A stretch of DNA of 12,337 bases, taken from a bacterium. Lineage in GTDB: Bacteria; Arandabacterota; Arandabacteria; Arandabacterales; JALGWA01. This document shows positions 9,564 to 12,337 of this stretch, one piece after another. A program made the position numbers and the translations under genes. Location of the stretch: positions 1 to 12,337 of the forward strand of contig JASFEA010000092.1 in the NCBI GenBank assembly GCA_050125095.1, written 5' to 3'. The notes beneath the pieces are model-generated. The model was not told where the DNA came from and did no database searches. It worked only from the letters and a program-made list of their open reading frames with translations. Position 1 is the first letter of the stretch. Each line of letters begins with the position of its first letter.

Positions 9564-10361
9564 TCACTGGAGGATGAGGAGCACAATGCCTGCCGGTATG
9601 AGATAGTAGGCGAACATATAAAAGCGGTTCTTGACCACCGAGCTGAACAGAAGCGAAATTGCGACATACCCTGACAGGAAAGCCGCGACGAATGCGGCCG
9701 CAAGCAGCGGCCCGCTGCCACCGAGCCTCCCTCCGAGAAACTCGTATAGCGTCGCGCCGAGGATGACCGGAATCGAGAGCAGAAGCGCAAAGTCGAAGGC
9801 CCGCTTCCGTTCGACCCCGAACGCCAGTCCGGTACCCACAGTAAGGCCGGAGCGCGAGATCCCGGGCAATATCGCCAGGGCCTGGGCCACGCCCACCGCC
9901 AGCGCCCGCGGCAGGTTGAAGGGCTTCTGGCCGCCGCCGAAGCGACCGGTGAGGTATACGAACGCGCCCGTCACGATGAGCATTCTCGCCGCGCCCGACA
10001 CGTCGCTGAACAGGCCCTCGACATGGGAGCGCAACAACAGACCCGCCACCACCGCCGGCCCGGTGGCCACCACGAGCATGACCAGCAGCCCTATATCGCC
10101 CCGGGCGGTATCATCCAGGCCGCGGTAGCCGACCGTCAGCGTCTTGTATGCGGCCCTCACGATCCCGCCGATTCGCCGCCGCATGAATATGATCGCGGCC
10201 AGCGCCGTCGCTGCATGCGTGATCACTTCCATCGTGATGCCGGAGTCCTGGACGCCGAGGTAGTGTTTGGCGATTACAAGATGGCCGCTCGAGCTGACGG
10301 GAAGGAACTCCGTGAGACCCTGGACCATTCCGTAAACGCATGCCTTCAGAAACGCGATCAT
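9564..10361 (-). CDS. uppP: Undecaprenyl-diphosphate phosphatase (BacA/UppP family)
   Basis: 265 aa polytopic membrane protein with both family motifs, QGLTEFLPVSSSGHL and AILPGISRSG, plus LLSIP. AAGGTGAG ribosome-binding site upstream. Confidence 0.96.
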   Translation of the reverse strand: MIAFLKACVYGMVQGLTEFLPVSSSGHLVIAKHYLGVQDSGITMEVITHAATALAAIIFMRRRIGGIVRAAYKTLTVGYRGLDDTARGDIGLLVMLVVATGPAVVAGLLLRSHVEGLFSDVSGAARMLIVTGAFVYLTGRFGGGQKPFNLPRALAVGVAQALAILPGISRSGLTVGTGLAFGVERKRAFDFALLLSIPVILGATLYEFLGGRLGGSGPLLAAAFVAAFLSGYVAISLLFSSVVKNRFYMFAYYLIPAGIVLLILQ

Positions 10362-10380
10362 GTTCTCACCTTACATTTCA

Positions 10381-11238
10381 TCACGGGATTCCGCCAAGAA
10401 GAAAAGCGAGCATGCCCACCGGCATGACGGCCTTGAGTATCTTCGCCACCCGCCCGTGGGCGCGCGCGTTGGCACGGTCGTCCGCCGTGGATGAGACGAT
10501 CATATAGATGCACAGCGCGAGCAGGGGCTCGATGACGAGCACCGGCAGGATGTAATAGACTCCGTAGACGCCCGCTGCCCAGGGCAACACGCTGAGAGCC
10601 ATCACGGCGGCGAGGGACGCTGTGCAGAGGACAGCGCTTGCCCTCTGTCCGAGGCCGGCCGGCAGAGTCCGAATGCCCGCGGCGACGTCTCCCCTTATAT
10701 CCGCGGTCCCCTTAACGACCTCGCGTGCAAAGTGAAACACGAATGCCAGGCCGAAGGGCAGGAGGCCCGCGGCGGAGCGCCCACCTATCGCGGCGCCCAT
10801 CATGAAACCGGACGACGCGACGGCGCTCACAAGAAGGTGGCCGGCCAGTCCGGCCGACTTGAGGCGGGAGCAATAGAGCCATACCAGAACCGTCCATGCG
10901 ATCACGAACCCCAGGGCCGCCGCGCCCGCCGAGGCAGAGAGAACGATGCCGGCAACCCACAGCAGTGCGGCCATCGACATCGCGTATCGTCTCCCGATGC
11001 GCCCTGAAGGCAGCGGCCTCCAGCCCTTGTTAACCCGGTCGGTCTCGATATCGTACAGGTCGTTCAGCGCGTAGCCGCCCGCCGCGACCAGAAACGCCGC
11101 TGCCGCGCCGAGCAGGGCCCGGGGCGCCAGGCTCGAGCGGGCGAGGAACGCCCCGACTAGAACGGACGCCGCGGCGATGAGGCAATTATGCAATCTCAGG
11201 AGTACGACGGTTTGGAAGAGCCTGCCCCGGGTGCTCAC
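10381..11238 (-). CDS. UbiA-superfamily intramembrane prenyltransferase, most similar by motif to digeranylgeranylglyceryl-phosphate (DGGGP) synthase-like proteins
   Basis: 285 aa, highly hydrophobic; N-terminal R-x2-N (RLHN), first acidic motif NDLYDIETDRVNKGWRPLPSG, Y-x3-LK (YCSRLK), second motif REVVKGTADIRGD-x3-G-x2-TLP, C-terminal LK-x2-M. GTG start overlaps the upstream stop (GTGA). Superfamily assignment is secure; subfamily is by motif recognition only. Confidence 0.88.
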   Translation of the reverse strand: MSTRGRLFQTVVLLRLHNCLIAAASVLVGAFLARSSLAPRALLGAAAAFLVAAGGYALNDLYDIETDRVNKGWRPLPSGRIGRRYAMSMAALLWVAGIVLSASAGAAALGFVIAWTVLVWLYCSRLKSAGLAGHLLVSAVASSGFMMGAAIGGRSAAGLLPFGLAFVFHFAREVVKGTADIRGDVAAGIRTLPAGLGQRASAVLCTASLAAVMALSVLPWAAGVYGVYYILPVLVIEPLLALCIYMIVSSTADDRANARAHGRVAKILKAVMPVGMLAFLLGGIP

Positions 11239-12305
11239 CCGCGGAGACTCTCGGCTTTTTTGTAGGCGGCCCTCGCCTTTTCGCTCACGCCCTTGTGGTC
11301 ATAGGCTATTCCCAGCTGGTAATAGCTCTTCCAGTCGAGGGGCTGGATGGCGATGGCGCGCTCGAAGGAGGCGATGGCATCTTCCACCTGCGACTGGCCG
11401 AGGTAGGCGACGCCGAGATGGAAGTAAGCCTTGGAGTTATCGGGGTCTATGTCGAGGCATTTGGTAAGGCACTTGACCGCCCTGTCGTGAAGGCCCTTGC
11501 GGGAATAAGTCACGCCGAGATGGAAAAGCCCCTTTGCGGACTTGGGGTCGATCTCCAGCGCCTTCTTGAACTCCTCAATGGCGTCGTCGATCTTGCCCCT
11601 GTTGGTCAGGGCTACGCCCAGATTGTAGTGCTCTTCGGCGCCGTTGCCGCCGAGCTCGATCGCGAACTGGAACTCTCGCACGGCTTCATCATACATGCCC
11701 TCATCGCCGTATACGGCGCCGAGGTTGCAGTGCCACTGGGCATTGATGGGGTCTTTCTCGATGGCTTTCTTGAGCTCGTGTATTGCGTTGTCCTTCTTGC
11801 CCTTCTTGTCGTATATGAGGGCCATCTCGCTGTGAGCCTTGGCGCATGACTGGTCGTATTTGAGGCATTTCTTGAAGGCCGTCAGGGCCTCGTCGTTCTT
11901 GCCGTTTCTGACGTAGGTCTTGCCGAGCCTGAAATAGGCCTCCGCGCAGCCCGGCTCCACCTCACTGGCCCTGTTATGCTCCTTTATGGCCTCGCTGTAC
12001 ATGCCGCTGAGATCGAGCGCCCGGGCGAGGTTGTAATGTGCCTCGGCAGTAGGCTGAATAATCGAGGCTCTCCTGAAAACCTCAGCCGCCGATATATAGG
12101 ACTCGAGGTCGATCAGTATTTCGCCCTGCTTTATCATCACGGCGTATTCGTCGGGATTCTCCGCCAGATAGCGCTCGACGAAGGATATGGCCTGGTCGTA
12201 CTTCTCCTCCGCGCGCAGCGCCTCCACGAGAGCAAGAAGCGAGGGGGTGTCGCCGGGCTTCTTCTTGTATTTGTCTCTCAGACCCTTTACGTCTCTGGCG
12301 AACAT
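11235..12305 (-). CDS. Tetratricopeptide-repeat protein, about 10 tandem TPRs, no signal peptide or catalytic domain visible
   Basis: 356 aa with a regular 34-aa period, e.g. GAEEHYNLGVALTNRGKIDDAIEEFKKALEIDPK / SAKGLFHLGVTYSRKGLHDRAVKCLTKCLDIDPD / NSKAYFHLGVAYLGQSQVEDAIASFERAIAIQPL. An in-frame TGA two codons upstream of the ATG shows the gene is complete in the window. Confidence 0.93.
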   Translation of the reverse strand: MFARDVKGLRDKYKKKPGDTPSLLALVEALRAEEKYDQAISFVERYLAENPDEYAVMIKQGEILIDLESYISAAEVFRRASIIQPTAEAHYNLARALDLSGMYSEAIKEHNRASEVEPGCAEAYFRLGKTYVRNGKNDEALTAFKKCLKYDQSCAKAHSEMALIYDKKGKKDNAIHELKKAIEKDPINAQWHCNLGAVYGDEGMYDEAVREFQFAIELGGNGAEEHYNLGVALTNRGKIDDAIEEFKKALEIDPKSAKGLFHLGVTYSRKGLHDRAVKCLTKCLDIDPDNSKAYFHLGVAYLGQSQVEDAIASFERAIAIQPLDWKSYYQLGIAYDHKGVSEKARAAYKKAESLRG

Positions 12306-12337
12306 ACGTCAAACCTACCACAACCCCGCGCCTAGAC

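Noticed and set aside
1..12337. Defence system, CRISPR array, mobile element, tRNA/rRNA or programmed frameshift
   Set aside because: I saw no nuclease, NTPase-effector, integrase or transposase motifs, no spaced DNA repeats, and no interrupted reading frames. Nearly all of the sequence is covered by intact minus-strand genes.

Overview
A gene-dense, GC-rich bacterial chromosomal window with nine co-oriented minus-strand genes. In transcription order they are: a cytoplasmic all-TPR protein, a UbiA-family prenyltransferase resembling the archaeal-type DGGGP synthase clade, uppP, a ~1160-aa signal-peptide-bearing TPR protein, uvrA, gcvT, gcvH, gcvPA and gcvPB (truncated by the window edge and missed by the ORF track). 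Four of the eight junctions have overlapping stop/start codons. The only gap longer than 30 bp (9456-9563) holds a good sigma70-like promoter with a palindrome in its spacer. I see no RNA genes, mobile elements, CRISPR arrays or glycine riboswitch. Most of the content is housekeeping and I cannot claim a clearly new system. The best lead is the TPR / DGGGP-synthase-like / UppP isoprenoid-lipid module, whose prenyltransferase has an altered second acidic motif. The next best is the apparent single transcript joining an exported giant TPR protein, an orphan uvrA and the glycine cleavage genes.
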